DNA of 64,000 nt, taken from NCBI RefSeq assembly GCF_009914755.1, contig NC_060934.1; one strand, written 5' to 3'. Position numbers and translations under genes: made by a program. Below, in pieces: positions 33,567-47,234 of the stretch. The notes beneath the pieces were generated by a model that did no database searches, was not told the origin of the DNA, and was given only the letters and a program-made list of their open reading frames with translations. Numbering within the stretch: position 1 is the stretch's first letter; each line of letters begins with the position of its first letter. Source of the DNA: the human T2T-CHM13v2.0 reference genome, Homo sapiens.

Positions 33567-35077
33567 GCTATGGGGTCAGGACCCAGGTCTATAGTGCAAG
33601 GTCTATGGGGTCAGGACCCAGGTCTACAGTGCGGGGTCTATGGGGTCAGGACCCAGGTCTACAGTGCGGGGTCTATGGGGTCAGGACCCAGGTCTACAGT
33701 GCGGGGTCTATGGGGTCAGGACCCAGGTCTACAGTGCGGGGTCTATGGGGTCAGGACCCAGGTCTACAGTGCGGGGTCTATGGGGTCGGGACCCAGGTCT
33801 ACAGTGCGGGGTCTATGGGGTCAGGACCCAGGTCTACAGTGCGGGGTCTATGGGGTTGGGACCCAGGTCTACAGTGCGGGGTCTATGGGGACGGGACCCA
33901 GGTCTACAGTGCGGGGTCTATGGGGAGGGGACGCGGGTCTACACTGCAGGGTAATGTCTACAGTGCAGGGTCTATGGGGACGGGACCCAGGTCTACAGTG
34001 CGGGGTCTATGGGGAGGGGACCCGGGTCTACACTGCAGGGTAATGAGGACGGGAATCAGGTCTACAGTGCAGGGTCTGCGGGGACGGGAATCAGGTCTAC
34101 AGTGCAGGGTCTATGGGGAGGGGAATCATGTCTACAGTGCAGGGTAATGAGGACGGGAATCATGTCTACACTGCAGGGTAATGAGGACGGGAATCAGGTC
34201 TACAGTGCAGGGTCTGTGGGGACGGGAATCAGGTCTACAGTGCAGGGTCTGTGGGGACGGGACCTAGGTCTACAGTGCAGGGTCTATGGGGAGGGGAATC
34301 ATGTCTACAGTGCAGGGTCTGTGGGGACGGGACCTGGGTCTTCAGTGCAGGGTCTGTGGGGACAGGACCCAGGTCTATAGTGCAGGATCTATGAGGACAG
34401 GACCCGGGTCTACAGTGCAGGGTCTGTAGGGACAGGAATCAGGTCTACAGTGCAGGGTCTGTGGGGATGGGACCCAGGTCTACACTGCAGGGTAATGAGG
34501 ACGGGAATCAGGTCTACAGAGCAGGGTCTGCGGGGACAGGAATCAGGTCTACAGTGCAGGGTCTATGGGGAGGGGAATCATGTCTACAGTGCAGGGTAAT
34601 GAGGACGGGAATCATGTCTACACTGCAGGGTAATGAGGACAGGAATCAGGTCTACAGTGCAGGGTCTGTGGGGACGGGAATCAGGTCTACAGTGCAGGCT
34701 CTGTGGGGACGAGACCCAGGTCTATAGTGCAGGATCTATGAGGACAGGACCCGGGTCTACAGTGCAGGGTCTGCAGGGACAGGACCCAGGTCTATAGTGC
34801 AAGGTCTGTGGGGACGGGACCCAGGTCTACAGTAAAGGGTCTGTGGGGACAGGACCCAGGTCTACAGTGCAGGGTCTGTGGGGACGGGACCCAGGTCTAC
34901 AGTGCAGGGTCTGTGGGGATGGGACCCAGGTCTATAGTGCAGGGTCTGTGGGGACGGGACCCAGGTCTACAGTGCAGGGTCTGTAGGGACAGGAATCAGG
35001 TCTACAGTGCAGGGTCTGTGGGGACGGGACCTGAGTCTTCAGTGCAGGGTCTACAGTGCAGGGTCTATGGTGCAGGG
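33567..35077. repeat. 33-35-bp G-rich VNTR, ~43 copies
   Basis: Unit GGTCTACAGTGCGGGGTCTATGGGGTCAGGACCCA and variants (GGTAATGAGGACGGGAATCA). Confidence 0.95.
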
Positions 35078-35712
35078 CCCTGGCCTGCAATGGGACTGCT
35101 TTTCAATGTGTTCATGAAAGGTTGGCCCCCGTACTTGCACACGCTGTTGGGACACCCACCTGCCCTCCTGGGCTGCTTTCCTGCCCACCACCAGGATGCA
35201 GGTGACCACGAGGCCTGTGGAGATGATGTAGTCTCAGCGGGAGGCAGCACGGGCCTGGGCACCATGTTTGAACCTTGTCCAGCCATGGGAACATCCACCT
35301 GGAAGCCCAGGTGAGAGCGCCGGAGCCTGTGCGGGTGACCCCATGTGCTCAGCCAGCTCCGTGGCCCTGGTACCACGGGTGAGGGTCCTGACCTGCTTCC
35401 ACGTGAGAGCACCAGGTGAGGCCCTCTGCTCTGCTGAGCAGGGCTGGCCCACCTAATCCCCTAGGATACACCCACACCTGGGCCTGGGGCCTCTGTGGGT
35501 AAATGGAGAAGGGAGGACCATGCAAACAACAGGAAAATAACAAGCATTGCTGGAGATGTGGGGAAGCCGGGGCACTGCTGGTGGGAATGCGGAAAGGGGC
35601 GGCCACTGTGGAAACAGCCTGGTGGCTCCTCCAAGAATTAACGATGGAATTACCATAGGATCGACAGTCCCTCTTCGGGGTGTATCCCCAAAAGAATTGA
35701 AGGCAGGGTCTT

Positions 35713-36370
35713 TTATTTTTTTCAGAATCTCGCTCTGTTACCCAGGCTGGAGTGCAATGGCGCAACCATAGCTCACTATAGCCTCAACCTCCTGAGCTCA
35801 AGGGATCCTCCTCCCTCAGCCTCCCAAGGAGCTGGGTCTACAGATGCACGCTACCATGTTGATATGGTTTGGCTGTGTCCCCACCCAAATCTCATCTTGA
35901 ATTGTTGTTCCCATAATCCCAATGTGTCACGAGAGGGACCTGGTAGGAGGTAATTGAATCATGGGGTGGTTAGCCTCCTGCTGTTCTTGTGATATTGAGT
36001 TCTCCTGAGATCCGATGGTGCTATAAGGGCTTTTTCTCCTTTGCTCAGCACTTCTCCTTCCTGCCATCACCTGAAGAAGGACATGTTTGCCTCCCCTTCC
36101 GCCATGATTGTAAGTTTCCTGAGGCCTCCCCAGCCATGCTGAACTGTGAGTCAATTAAACCTCTTTCTTGTATAAATTACTCAGTCTCAGGTATGTCTTT
36201 ATTAGCAGCGTGAGAACGCTCTAATACACATATGCAGCTAATTTTTAAATTTTTTGTAGAGATGGAGTCTTGCCACGTTGCCTAGGTTAGTGGCAGACTC
36301 CTGGCCTCAGGTGATCCTCCTGCATCGGTTTCCCAAAGCACTGGGATTGCAGGCATGAGCCACCGCCCCA
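35713..36370 (-). mobile_element. AluJ, interrupted by a THE1 LTR
   Basis: Right arm 35713-35859, left arm 36234-36370; TSD TGAA[G/A]GCAGGGTCT. Confidence 0.85.
35860..36228 (+). mobile_element. THE1D-like MaLR solo LTR
   Basis: TGATATGGTTTGGCTGTGTCCCCACCC...CTAATACA; 5-bp TSD CATGT/CATAT. Confidence 0.9.
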
Positions 36371-37849
36371 ACTGAAAGCAGGGTCTGGAACAGCTATTTG
36401 CACACAGCAGCTGAAAGAGGGGAAGCAACCCATGCATTCACTGATGGACGAATGGACAACATGAGGTCTGTTCATGCAGTGGGATAATTTCCAGCCTTTT
36501 TCTAACACACATTACAGCACGCATGAACCTTCAGGATGTTATGCTGAGTGGAATCAGCCGGTCCCAAAAGGACAAATCCTGTGTAATTGCACTCACATGA
36601 GGTCCCTAGAGTCATGAGATTCACAGACAGAAAGTAAAACGGTGGGTTCCAGGGCCTGGGGGAGCAGGAATAAGGAGTTGTTCAATGGGACCAGAGTTTC
36701 AGTTTTACAAGAAAAAAAGTTCTGGAGATGGGATGTGCAACAACGCGAATGTGCTTAATGCCACTCATTATGCACTTAGAAATGGTTGCAATGGCAAACG
36801 TCACGTTATGTGTATCCCACCACATTCAGGAGGGCCAGGCAGAGAGACTGACATGCCGCAGAAGGAAGAGGCGCTGATTCGCCCCAGCCAGGGCAGCAGT
36901 GTCAACACAGCAGACATGCAGCTGAGTGTGGCAGCCTGTAGTGGCAGGAACGGAGCTGCTGGGAACTGGATGGCCCTGGGCCCCCCTGTGCCCTCCCTCT
37001 CTACTCCTGGTCATTTTCTGGGGTCCTCAGCAGTGGGAGGAGCTCAGCTGAGAGTGACCATGTTCCCTCCAACCAGAAATCCCCGGGGAGCTGGTGAAAG
37101 CATCTTGGATGACACTGCCCAGTGGAGACCTGAGCAGTCCGGGTGCGGACCTGGCCCCGCAGAGCTGGGCTCCCAAGACGCACCCGGTGTGATCTGCAAG
37201 GCCAAAGGCTCAGTGTGGAAAACAGCACGGAAACCACGTTGCAATCTCTTGTGCTGACGGTGTGCAGTGGCCATACTTTGGATGTATTGGGTGAATGAAC
37301 TAAGATGAGCTTAGCCTGTTTCTCCTTTCTTGAATGCGGTTGGCATCCTATTTCCATCAGACCACACTTCGGAGACCACCAGGAAATACAGGATTCCTCC
37401 TCTCCACAAGAAGATAAGGGATTCTTGAACCAGAGCGCGGCCCTGGGGTGAGGACCTGCCTGTTCCTCCAGGTGAGGAGTGCCTGTGCCGGGAAGCAGGA
37501 GGGGCCGGGCACCAGCGCCGCCGTCCACCCTGGGACCGTCCACTCTGAGACAGGCAGCTGTGACCAGTGGGCCCTGGACTCTTCCCACCCAGCGGCCAGC
37601 GCTCCTCCGGCCCGACCTGGCCCCCGTCTCCACAGCGACTGCCGCTCTGATCCACAAGCTGCCCTCATTCTCCCGTGGAGCAGGCGGCACCCTCACCGAT
37701 TTCTGACACAGGAATCAATCTGCTTTCTGCACAGAAGGCTGCTGTGTGCTGAAGCTGGAAGGAACCTGTGAGGCTCTAAGATGCTCTGTCCCTCAAACCA
37801 TCCCATTTGTGTGCAGCAAAGGCCAGGACTAGACTGGCCAAGGAGTGAT

Positions 37850-38330
37850 CAAGAGGCACTGACCCTCTGTCCACCTCCCAGGCCGGCCAGCACCTGGTGA
37901 CGGGGGTGACCGAGAGGCCCCCTCTCTCCGTCCACCTCCCAGGCCGGCCAGCACCTGCTGACGGGGGTGACCGAGAGGCCCCGTCCCTCCGTCCACCTCC
38001 CAGGCCGGCCAGCACCTGCTGACGGGGGTGACCGAGAGGCCCCGTCCCTCCGTCCACCTCCCAGGCCGGCCAGCACCTGCTGACGGGGGTGACCGAGAGG
38101 CCCCGTCCCTCCGTCCACCTCCCAGGCCGGCCAGCACCTGCTGACGGGGGTGACCGAGAGGCCCCGTCCCTCCGTCCACCTCCCAGGCCGGCCAGCACCT
38201 GCTGACGGGGGTGACCGAGAGGCCCCGTCCCTCTGTCCACCTCCCAGGCCGGCCAGCACCTGGTGACGGGGGTAATTGAGAGGCCCCCTCCCTCTGTCCA
38301 CCTCCCAGACCAGCCAGCACCTGGTGACAG
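37850..38330. repeat. 61-bp GC-rich VNTR, ~8 copies
   Basis: Unit GACGGGGGTGACCGAGAGGCCCCGTCCCTCCGTCCACCTCCCAGGCCGGCCAGCACCTGCT. Confidence 0.95.
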
Positions 38331-39150
38331 GGCCAAGGCGGCAGCCGGGGCAGGATTTGCAATGCCTCCTGCAGGCGACAAACTGTCTCCCAAGGCCAGA
38401 CGCAGACAGAGCTGTCACCGCTCCCACGCCCGGCGTTCCGGGAGCCTCCCTCCCATCCCCAGCAGCAGACGCCACCCGCCCCCCACCTCCCGCCCCGGGG
38501 TCTGAACTCCCAGCCAAGCCCGGCCTCTGCACACAGCAGTGAGAAGCCAGGACCTACGCACACCCCCGGCCGGCTCCCCGCTGGCCCCTCTGCGCGTGGG
38601 AGCTTCCAGCCTCCCGGGTCTAGGGGACTGGGGGATGCGTCTTCCTCCCGCCCCCGCAGCGCCCGGAGCAGGAGTGGCATCGGCGTCCCCGGCGTCCCCG
38701 CATCGGGCTTCTCTGGTCCTTTGTGAATCGGGCCTGAGTCATCCCCGGCTCACGGCTGCGCCACGTACCCACTGGGCGCTTTCCTCCGAGCGCTGACGAC
38801 AGCGACTCCACCGGCAGCTGCTTCCCAGCGTCTCACGGCGGGCCCTTGGCTCCCCTCTCTGCTGTTTAATCCGCTGAGGAGCCCTGGTGAGCACGAGAGG
38901 GGCTCGTGCCTGATCAATGCGGGCCGAGGCTGCTGGCACCTTTCTCCAGGAAACACGCCTGGCGCCCTGCAGGGGCCGGACCGGAGAAGCCCTGTGTGCC
39001 CCATACAGCGTGTGCTGCGGGGCAGCCTTTGTGCCCTCGAAGCCGGCCAGGGCCTCCGAGGACTGTTCCAGGAAGGCTCCAGAGAGCAACGTCCCCAGTT
39101 CACTCACAGCTGGCCGCCCCCAGCCCCCTGCCCGCAGCACCCGCCGTGTC
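37880..39150. promoter_or_regulatory. CpG-island-like region (VNTR plus unique GC-box flank)
   Basis: Visibly high CpG density; CCCGCCCC boxes near 38475, 38489 and 38647. Confidence 0.55.
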
Positions 39151-40134
39151 TCCTGCTGGGAAGAGTGGCTGCTGTAGCTTCCTCCCCCTGCCCCTCCTGC
39201 CCGCTCTCCTGCCCCATCAGCATCTCAGGGCCGCATGGAAAGCTGCGGGGTGTCAGCACAGGCCAGGGTGGGCTGTGGAACAGACACCCCAAGGCAGGGC
39301 GTTGGCAGGCGAAAGCTCCTGCCTCCCTGGCGTGCTGGCTGGAGGGGTCCATCGGCCCCCAGGACACTGCCCTCCTTCATGTCCCCGCGCAGCCCTGGGA
39401 GGAGCCTGGAGGGTCAGTGCCGACTCTGACGTGCCCCCACAGGTGACAGTCATTTCTGCCCAATTTTATTGTTCAAAGCAAGATGCCTGTGGCAGCTGCC
39501 TGAGCACGTGGGGTCTCCGGCCCAGAGGTGCTCCTTACCAGTGTGCAAGTGAGAGGGGGGACTGATAAATAAATGGGAGGCGGAGTAGGCTGATGGGGGT
39601 GAGGGGTCTCACCACAGAGAACACACTGGGAGTAGGATCCGAACCTCGAGACCAGCTTTGAGTGTCTAGGGAAGTCCTCGTGGGGGGGTATTTACTTTAC
39701 AGCGAACCACAAATGTTAAGCTACAAAGTGGCCTAGAGGTAAGGAGGACCCTGAAGGCCAGTCCCCAGATTTCAATGCATGGCGTCCTGCAGGATGGAGC
39801 CGGGCGGGGCTGGCCGGCCAGGGGAGAAGCTCCAGGGTCCAGGGGCACCTTATCTCTAAGGTCAGGACAGGACCGAGGGAGGGCTGGGGAGAGCACCTGG
39901 GCGGACGAGGCCTCCAGCCGCACACAGACAGGGGAGGGCGAGGGCTCTAAGCAGGGGGTTATGGCCGACACAAGGCGGCCTTCGAGGAGCTTTCCCAACT
40001 GAATTGCAGCTGGAGCCCCTCCAAGAAGAAGTTTCAGCCTTGCCACCGGATGCCATTTCTCAAGTGCAGACTCTTCCTTTTAAAAATGAAATGAAAGGTC
40101 ATTGATTTCTTTTACTTTCCTGGGGAAAAAAAAA

Positions 40135-40290
40135 TTGTTTTTGAGATGAGGTCTTGCTCTTCGACCCAGGCTGGAGTGCAGTGGCGTGATCATGGCTCAC
40201 GGCAGCCTCAGCCTTCTGGGCTCAAGCAGTAGGCCTGCCTCAGCCTCCCAAGGTGCTGGGATTACAGGTGTGAGCCACTGCACCCAGCTA
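40135..40290 (-). mobile_element. AluJ-derived monomer-length fragment
   Basis: GAGATGAGGTCTTGCTC...GTGAGCCACTGCACCCAGC. Confidence 0.75.
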
Positions 40291-40857
40291 ACTTACTTTA
40301 CTCTTTTCATAGGCAAGAACTGTGCACAGCACCAAAGACCCCAAAGTATGCAGGGTGAAGTATGCAGGGGGAAGCGTGGCCCCTCCACCCCGCCCTCCCT
40401 CCCCCGCTCGAAGGCAACCACGACTTCCAGCCTCTGCTGACTCCCATGGGCGCCTGTGGTGCGGGGGCGGGGTGGGGCGGGGGTCCTCGTCTCGGGTAAG
40501 GGTGTGGCCAGCACGGGGTCCAGGCCTTTCTCTTCTCCCAGGAGACCGCCTTGAATGTAAATCTGACATCACTGCCCACTGCCCTCAGGGTCAGCTCAGA
40601 CCCTCTGTGCAGCCGTTTGGGTGGACACCCCACGCCTGCCCCCAGCCGGCTCTCAGGCCTCAGGCTACCAGGGTCCCTGTGTCTCCGCACACGACGCTGC
40701 TCCATGTTTGCTGGATGACTTCGCCTTGTCCGCGGCCGAGTCCACCTGCTCCTTGAGGCCCTACCTAAACGCACTGCCTCTTCCTCCCCACTTTCTGCAG
40801 AACCACCCCGCCCTCCTCTCAGACCCCAGACCTGTCCCTTCCTCAGCTGTCACAGGT

Positions 40858-41158
40858 GCAGCCACGGGCAGCACCGCATCCCCCAAATCCATTCACTGAA
40901 GTCTCAGCTTCGACGTGTGGTATTTGGAGACGCAGCCTTTTCAGAGGTAGTTAGGGTAACTGAGCCGGGAGTGTGGGGTCCTGATCCCATGGGCCGTGGC
41001 CTCCAGGAGAAGAACAGACACCACGTGCTCCCTGCCTGTGCAGAGGGAAGGCGCGAGGTGGCTCCAGGAACCAGGTCGGCCGGCACCTTGGCCCGGAACT
41101 TCCAGCCTCCAGATTGTCAGAAACAAATCCCTGGTGTCTGCGGTGTTGGGGCTGACAC
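40858..41158 (+). mobile_element. MLT1-type LTR relic, GC-shifted
   Basis: CCCCCAAATCCATTCACTGAAG...GGTATTTGGAGA...GGCCGGCACCTTGGCCCGGAACTTCCAGCCTCCAGA. Confidence 0.6.
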
Positions 41159-41354
41159 GCGCTCTGCCTGGCTGCCAGGTCCTCTGCAGGCGGGGACGGT
41201 GCCGGCCATTGCTAGATCCCTGGGGCGCAGCACAGACTGCGGGAAACAGGCTCACCAGCCCGGCTGCACGCACCGAGGCAGCGTCCAGACTCGAGACATC
41301 CTCCAGCCACGGGCGAAATCACAGCCATTGCTGCAAAGTTCTTGCGTCCTGTGA

Positions 41355-41706
<352 letters not shown>

Positions 41707-44100
41707 TGAGAGTTGGGTTTTAGTTTTATTTTGTTTTTCACAGATTCCGGGGGTTGAATGGCAAAGAGGCGGGAGCAGGCGGAGGTCCATATGGAAGTTC
41801 AGACTCACCCCGCAGGAGTTCTGGCTGGGAGGCTGCCAGGACAGGCAGGATGTGGGAGCCGCCCTGGGAGGCCCCTCACTCTCCCCACACTGACCTCACA
41901 TCCCCGTTACGTTCCTCATCCCAGGCTGGGCCAGCCACTGGGCGCTGGACAGAGCTTAGGAAGTAGGATGGCTCCGGGTGGGTTAGAAACCAGGTGCACG
42001 GCAGAAGCCGGCCTGGAGCCGCCCACAGCCCCAGCCATCCTTGGAGGGCCCCAGCCGAAGGAGCTGGTGCAGCTGGACACAGAGACCCGCTGGTGATGGG
42101 ACCGGGCCACACGCTCCTGCAGGGCCCAAGCCGAGACCCCTGGCTGGAGGGTCAGCACCCAGGGTGGCAGCAGCTGCAGGGGGTCTAGGGAAGGACCGGG
42201 AGCAGAGCCTCAGCTCGTGCTGCTGCTCCATACACAGAACGCGCTGCGCAGGGGATCCTAGGCTTCCTGGGAGTCACATTAAAAAGCAACGTGAGACGGG
42301 CGGGGTTAATTCTGACGGTGATGTGTCCTCTGACCACATATCGCTAACGCACCATCATCCTGGTGTGGACTCGGAGGAAACACCACATGGCTTCTCTTGC
42401 CAAACCACCCACGTGTGGCAGGTGGTCACCGTGGAGCACGGGGGCCCAGTGTTTCTCAGACTGAAATCACACACAGACCCTCTTTAACAGAAACGAAAGT
42501 CTTGCCACTGCCCAGGGTTTTGATTTAATGGCTACTTATGCTGTACAAACAGCTTAATAAAACTGGGCACAAGCTCTTGCTGACTTGTATTCCGCCATAA
42601 AGCCGAATAGCCGCAAATAAAACAAATGTAATTAAAAACCAACATGAACATAACTTGGTGGGTGATGTTTTGCCGAGACAGCGCTGGCTCCAGAGGCCAC
42701 TCTGGGGCAGGGGGACGTCGGCTTGGCTGTCCTCTGTGCGCTCCAGCTGGGAGGCCGCTTGGCCCCGCTGGGCTCAAAGGTCCCCCTGACGGACGTGCCT
42801 TGATGTTGCCACGTTGGACGGGATTAAAGTGCTGAGGCTGCTGTGACGGGTCAGGAAGACAAACTCGGCCCAGAGCACAACTGCGAGGCACACAGCCTTC
42901 CCAGAATGGCAGCAAAACCAAACATGGCCCTGGGAGGCCGCGGGGAAGTCCTACCTTGCAGAGCTCTGCTCCGGGGCCAGGGGGCGCTGGCTGGGGCCCC
43001 TTTGCAAGGCCCATGCGCCCTTCGACACCAGCCCCCGCCACAGGCTGCGCAGGCAGATGTTGCCGCTGCGTTTCCTCGCCAGGTGTCCATGGTGCCCTGC
43101 CCAGCGCTGCAGGCTCACCCAGTGTGGACGCAGGGGGCAAGGGAGCCTCTCCTGGGTCTCTGTCGCACGCCGATGGCTGTCTATCTGGGCAGGGGGTGGG
43201 GCTGGGGCCTTCGCCACGGGTGTGTCTTTCCTTTTTGTTTCCTGACGTGGAATTCTGTTGGGATTTTTGGGGACGATGACAGTAAGAACATCAAGGAGCT
43301 GCCACTGGATGGTGGAGCCGCCTCGTCACCAGAAGATCGCTCCAGCTGGCGTGGTGTCCGTCCCCCTGTCCTCCGGGAACTTTCCAGTCTCTGGTGAGCC
43401 TGGCCACAGACGCCCTCGTGAGGCAGCACTGGCCACTGGCAGGTCTGCTGAAGCCACAACCACACGGACAGGGACGGCTGGGCCGGGCTTCTCTGGCACT
43501 GACACTGAACCTGCGCGCGTGGTTCTGGGTGCCCTGGCAGTGGCTGGATCTGCCGCATGCAGAACCCCCTCCTGGCCCAATTGTCTGCACGAGGCAACCG
43601 GGGCGTGGGGAGGTCTGAGCTCCACAGTTCAGGCCACAGCACCCGAAGATGGAGCCTGGGACCCCTTTGCCTTTCCAATACGTGATGCCAAGAATTTCCC
43701 CAAATGTCCTCGGTTTTATCCCCGAGTGCGACATGGCTAGAAAGCGGAGCAGAGGCGCTGAGGGCAGGAAGAGGAAGATGCGCCAGGCCTCCCAGGCCAA
43801 ATGCCAGCCCCATGCTCCTTGTTCGCTGGGCTCCTGCACTGCCCACTCCATGCACACATCCAAGCGGGCACAGTCACTGCCCCTCACGTGCCCAGGCCCA
43901 CAGCCGCCCCCTGACCTCCAGCAGGCACTGGCGAGGCAGGGCAGAGGCTGCCAGGATAGAGATCAGTGGACAGAGACCTGGAGACAACGCAGGAGGGGGC
44001 CGTGTGCCGGCCTCACTCAGGGCAGCAGTCACCGATGGGGAGGGGTGTGGCCTGCGAGGCTGAAGTCTGAGCTGCTTTGCGCCAGGCCCAGCTGCAGGGA

Positions 44101-44194
44101 AAGCTGTAGGGCCAGTGAGTCTCCCTGCCGGGTCTCTCCCCAGCAAGCTGTAGGGCCAGTGAGTCTCCCTGCCGGGTCTCTCCCCAGCAAGCTG
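44101..44194. repeat. Perfect 44-bp tandem duplication
   Basis: AAGCTGTAGGGCCAGTGAGTCTCCCTGCCGGGTCTCTCCCCAGC twice, then AAGCTG. Confidence 0.9.
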
Positions 44195-44358
44195 GTCAGC
44201 CCTCAGCAGGAGGTCACGTCCCGGCCTCCAAACCTGTTTCTGGCAGCCACAGACCCCTAGTCAAAGGGACCTGACGAGCCCGTGGAGCAGGGCTGAAATA
44301 GCCGGCTTTGGAAAAATCCAGCTCTTAGACTGTGTGTGCACGCCTTAAAAACCATTCA

Positions 44359-44595
44359 GGGCTGGGCATGGCAGCTCACACCTGTAATCCCAGTGCTTCG
44401 GGAGGCTAGGAGTTCGACGGCAAGACCCTGTACTACAAAAATAATTAGCCAGGCATGGTGGTGTGCACCTGTGGTCCCAGCTGCTTAGGAGGCTGAGGTG
44501 GGAGGATCACTTGAGCCCAGGAGTTCGAGGCTGCAGTAAGCCAAGATCATGCCACTGCACTCCAGCCTGGGCAACAGAGCCTGTCTCAAAAAAAA
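44359..44595 (+). mobile_element. AluJ with left-arm deletions
   Basis: GGAGGATCACTTGAGCCCAGGAGTTCGAGGCTGCAGT. Confidence 0.85.
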
Positions 44596-45436
44596 CCTTT
44601 CAGGTGGAGCTTCTAGGAAAGGTGGTCTGCAGCAGGCATCCCTGAGCTGGGCCCCCAGGCACTGTCGGGGTGACGCTTCTTACCTGGACCACCATCTGTG
44701 TCCGCTGCACTGCACTTCCCCTCCTCCAGCACCGTCATCTAAGGGTGAGGCCAGCCAGGGGCCAGGAAGAAAGAGGCCTCCAGGGGTCCTCAGAAGTATC
44801 TTCGTCCCCAAGGCGGCTCCTTCCAGGCTGGCCGCGGCATCTGTATCACCAGCCTGCGCACTAGTGTCTGTGATGAGACGCCATAGCACAGGCACTGGGG
44901 TCCAGCACATGGAGTCTCAGATGGGCTTCCTGCCTGGGTTGAAGGGTCGTTCTCTGCTAGGGACAGCCATCGGCTCCTTCTCAAAGCCTCCAAGAGATGT
45001 GTCTGTCGGCGTCTCAGCCACGCATCCCTGTCTCAGGGACTTGCCTGAGCACAGGGCCGGGCCTGGTGTCTGCAGCTCTGACAGCACCCAGGGGATGCGG
45101 ATTGGGCCACACTTTGAGGAGGACTGGACTGTGACGTGCCTTTCACAGAGGAAGGAAGGACAGGCAGGAGTCGAGGCAAGGAGTCGAGACAAGGCGAGCC
45201 TGTTGCCAGCGAGTCACAGAGTTGTGCAGGGTCTGCCGCAGAGCTCCCAGTGCACTCCAACCCTGCCACCGGACCGGCTAGGCCAGACCCCCAGGGAGCC
45301 GAGCACCCCAGCTTTACAGTTTTCCCAGGTGGTTCTGAGTCACTGAGCCACAGGCAAGCCTGGAGCCAGGAACAGCTATGGAGGATCCAGATGCAGATGC
45401 ACTGAAGCCCACACCTGCCCCCCAGTCCAGCCCAGT

Positions 45437-45830
45437 GAGTGTGCATGTGTGTGCATGTGTGCACCTGTGTGCGTGTATGTGTACCTGTGTCTCTATGTAC
45501 ATCTATGAGTGTGTGCATGCATGTGTATGTGTACATGTATGAGTGCGTGCATGCATTCCTGTGTCTGCCAGTGTGTGTACATGTATTTGTGCGTGTGTGC
45601 ATGTATGTGTTCACATCTGTGTGTGCACATGTGTGTGCCTGTGTGTGCATGTCTGTGCCTGTGTATGCACTTATGTGTGCCTGTGTGTGCATCTACCTGG
45701 GTGTGCACGTACATGTGCCTGTGTGTGCATCTACCTGGGTGTGCACGTACGTGTGCCTGTGTGTGCATCTGAGTGAGCACAGATGTGTGCGCATCTACCT
45801 GGGTGTGCATGTATGTGTGCCTGTGTGCAG
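45437..45830. repeat. Degenerate (TG)/(TGCA)-rich simple repeat
   Basis: Alternating purine-pyrimidine tract with internal GTGTGCATCTACCTGGGTGTGCA repeats. Confidence 0.9.
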
Positions 45831-46377
45831 GCACCTAGTTGCCAAACAGATCACGCCGACTCACTAGTGATATGTCAACAATAAAACTGGATTGTCATCT
45901 TTGTAGAGCAGTAGTTCTCAAAGTCAGTTCTTCATCAGAAATCTAGGGGCCAGGCCTCCAGGCAGCTGTGACACAGCCAACGGCCAAGAGCTGCGGGTAT
46001 TGATCAGACTGCAGGGCGTCGGTCCTCCCAAAAAGGTGGGCACAGCTTGTCCATCAGGGTTGTGGGTGCGGGGCAGCTGTGTGGGGCCCCTTCCTCTCCC
46101 ACCACGACGTCTGCTCACACAGGGTCTGTGTGCCTCTCTGGGTGTTCACCTGATAATACAGACCTGGTGGCCCAGTCTTCACTCACAAGCATAGGTCCCA
46201 GGCTGCTTACCAGCATGTGAACTGGCTGTGTTGCAGTCAAATGCTCAGCCCCAGTATAGTCAGCGTTCACTGGGAAGGGTCAGGTCTTGTGAAGCCTTGA
46301 GCACCACTGGGCAGGGGTGGCCCTCAGGACTGGGCCATCCACGGGAATAACATGAATTAGAAAACAGAACACTACTA

Positions 46378-46590
<213 letters not shown>

Positions 46591-47234
46591 CTAATGTTTC
46601 TTTTCATGCTTATTGTTGGAGATAGCTGCACCGAAAGACCACACTCTGAGTCACTGCTGTGTCAAATTAAGTCAGGGCTGCTGGATAACAGCTGTTCTAT
46701 TGCTGTCACTGATTTCTGGTGTATCAAAAACAGTCCAAATAAAACATAAATGGGATGAGAAGGGGCTGGAAACCAGAAGAAATGGTGTAACATGTTGCAG
46801 ACTTCAAAAACGGAGCCACAGCCATGGTTTTCCCATCTAGCACTCACCCTCTATAGCTTTGTTTCCTTAAAGTAAACGAGTCTGAGGAAAAAATGGCACA
46901 CGACTTTGAACCATGCTATTAAGCATTTTTAAACAGTTCTTCCGACTTTCCCCTGGTGCTCAGCTCTGTCACAGGACCAAATGCTGGCCGAGCACTAGGG
47001 CCTGGGTGGACCAGGATCTGTGATATTTGTGTAAACAATTTAGTACTTTAGGCCTAGAATGCTTCCTTCTCAAAGGGCTCCTTCGACCCTCACTACTCCG
47101 TAAAATGGGCAGGGGACAGCTGCTCATGCACATTTTAAACAAGTTCAAAGGATGCAGAGAGTAGAAGATTCAACCCAGGTGTTCAGAGGCAACAGTGAAT
47201 AAAAGTCAGGCTTGGAACCAGCTCTGAGAGTTGA

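Larger units (their letters stand above)
35522..36825 (+). mobile_element. L1MB 3' relic (35522-35712 and 36373-36825) split by an AluJ
   Basis: AAATAACAAGCATTGCTGGAGATGTGGGGAA...; resumes TGAAAGCAGGGTCT; L1MB 3'UTR CAGAGTTTCAGTTTTACAAGA. Confidence 0.8.

Noticed and set aside
33330-35314. Repetitive ORFs up to 237 aa
   Set aside because: Artefact of the 35-bp VNTR.
33030-35323. Exact 16-bp direct repeat CAGGTGAGAGCGCCGG at 33030 and 35308 bracketing the 35-bp VNTR
   Set aside because: No poly(A) tail or element termini inside to make it a TSD; one 16-mer match somewhere in 64 kb of GC-rich DNA is plausible by chance.
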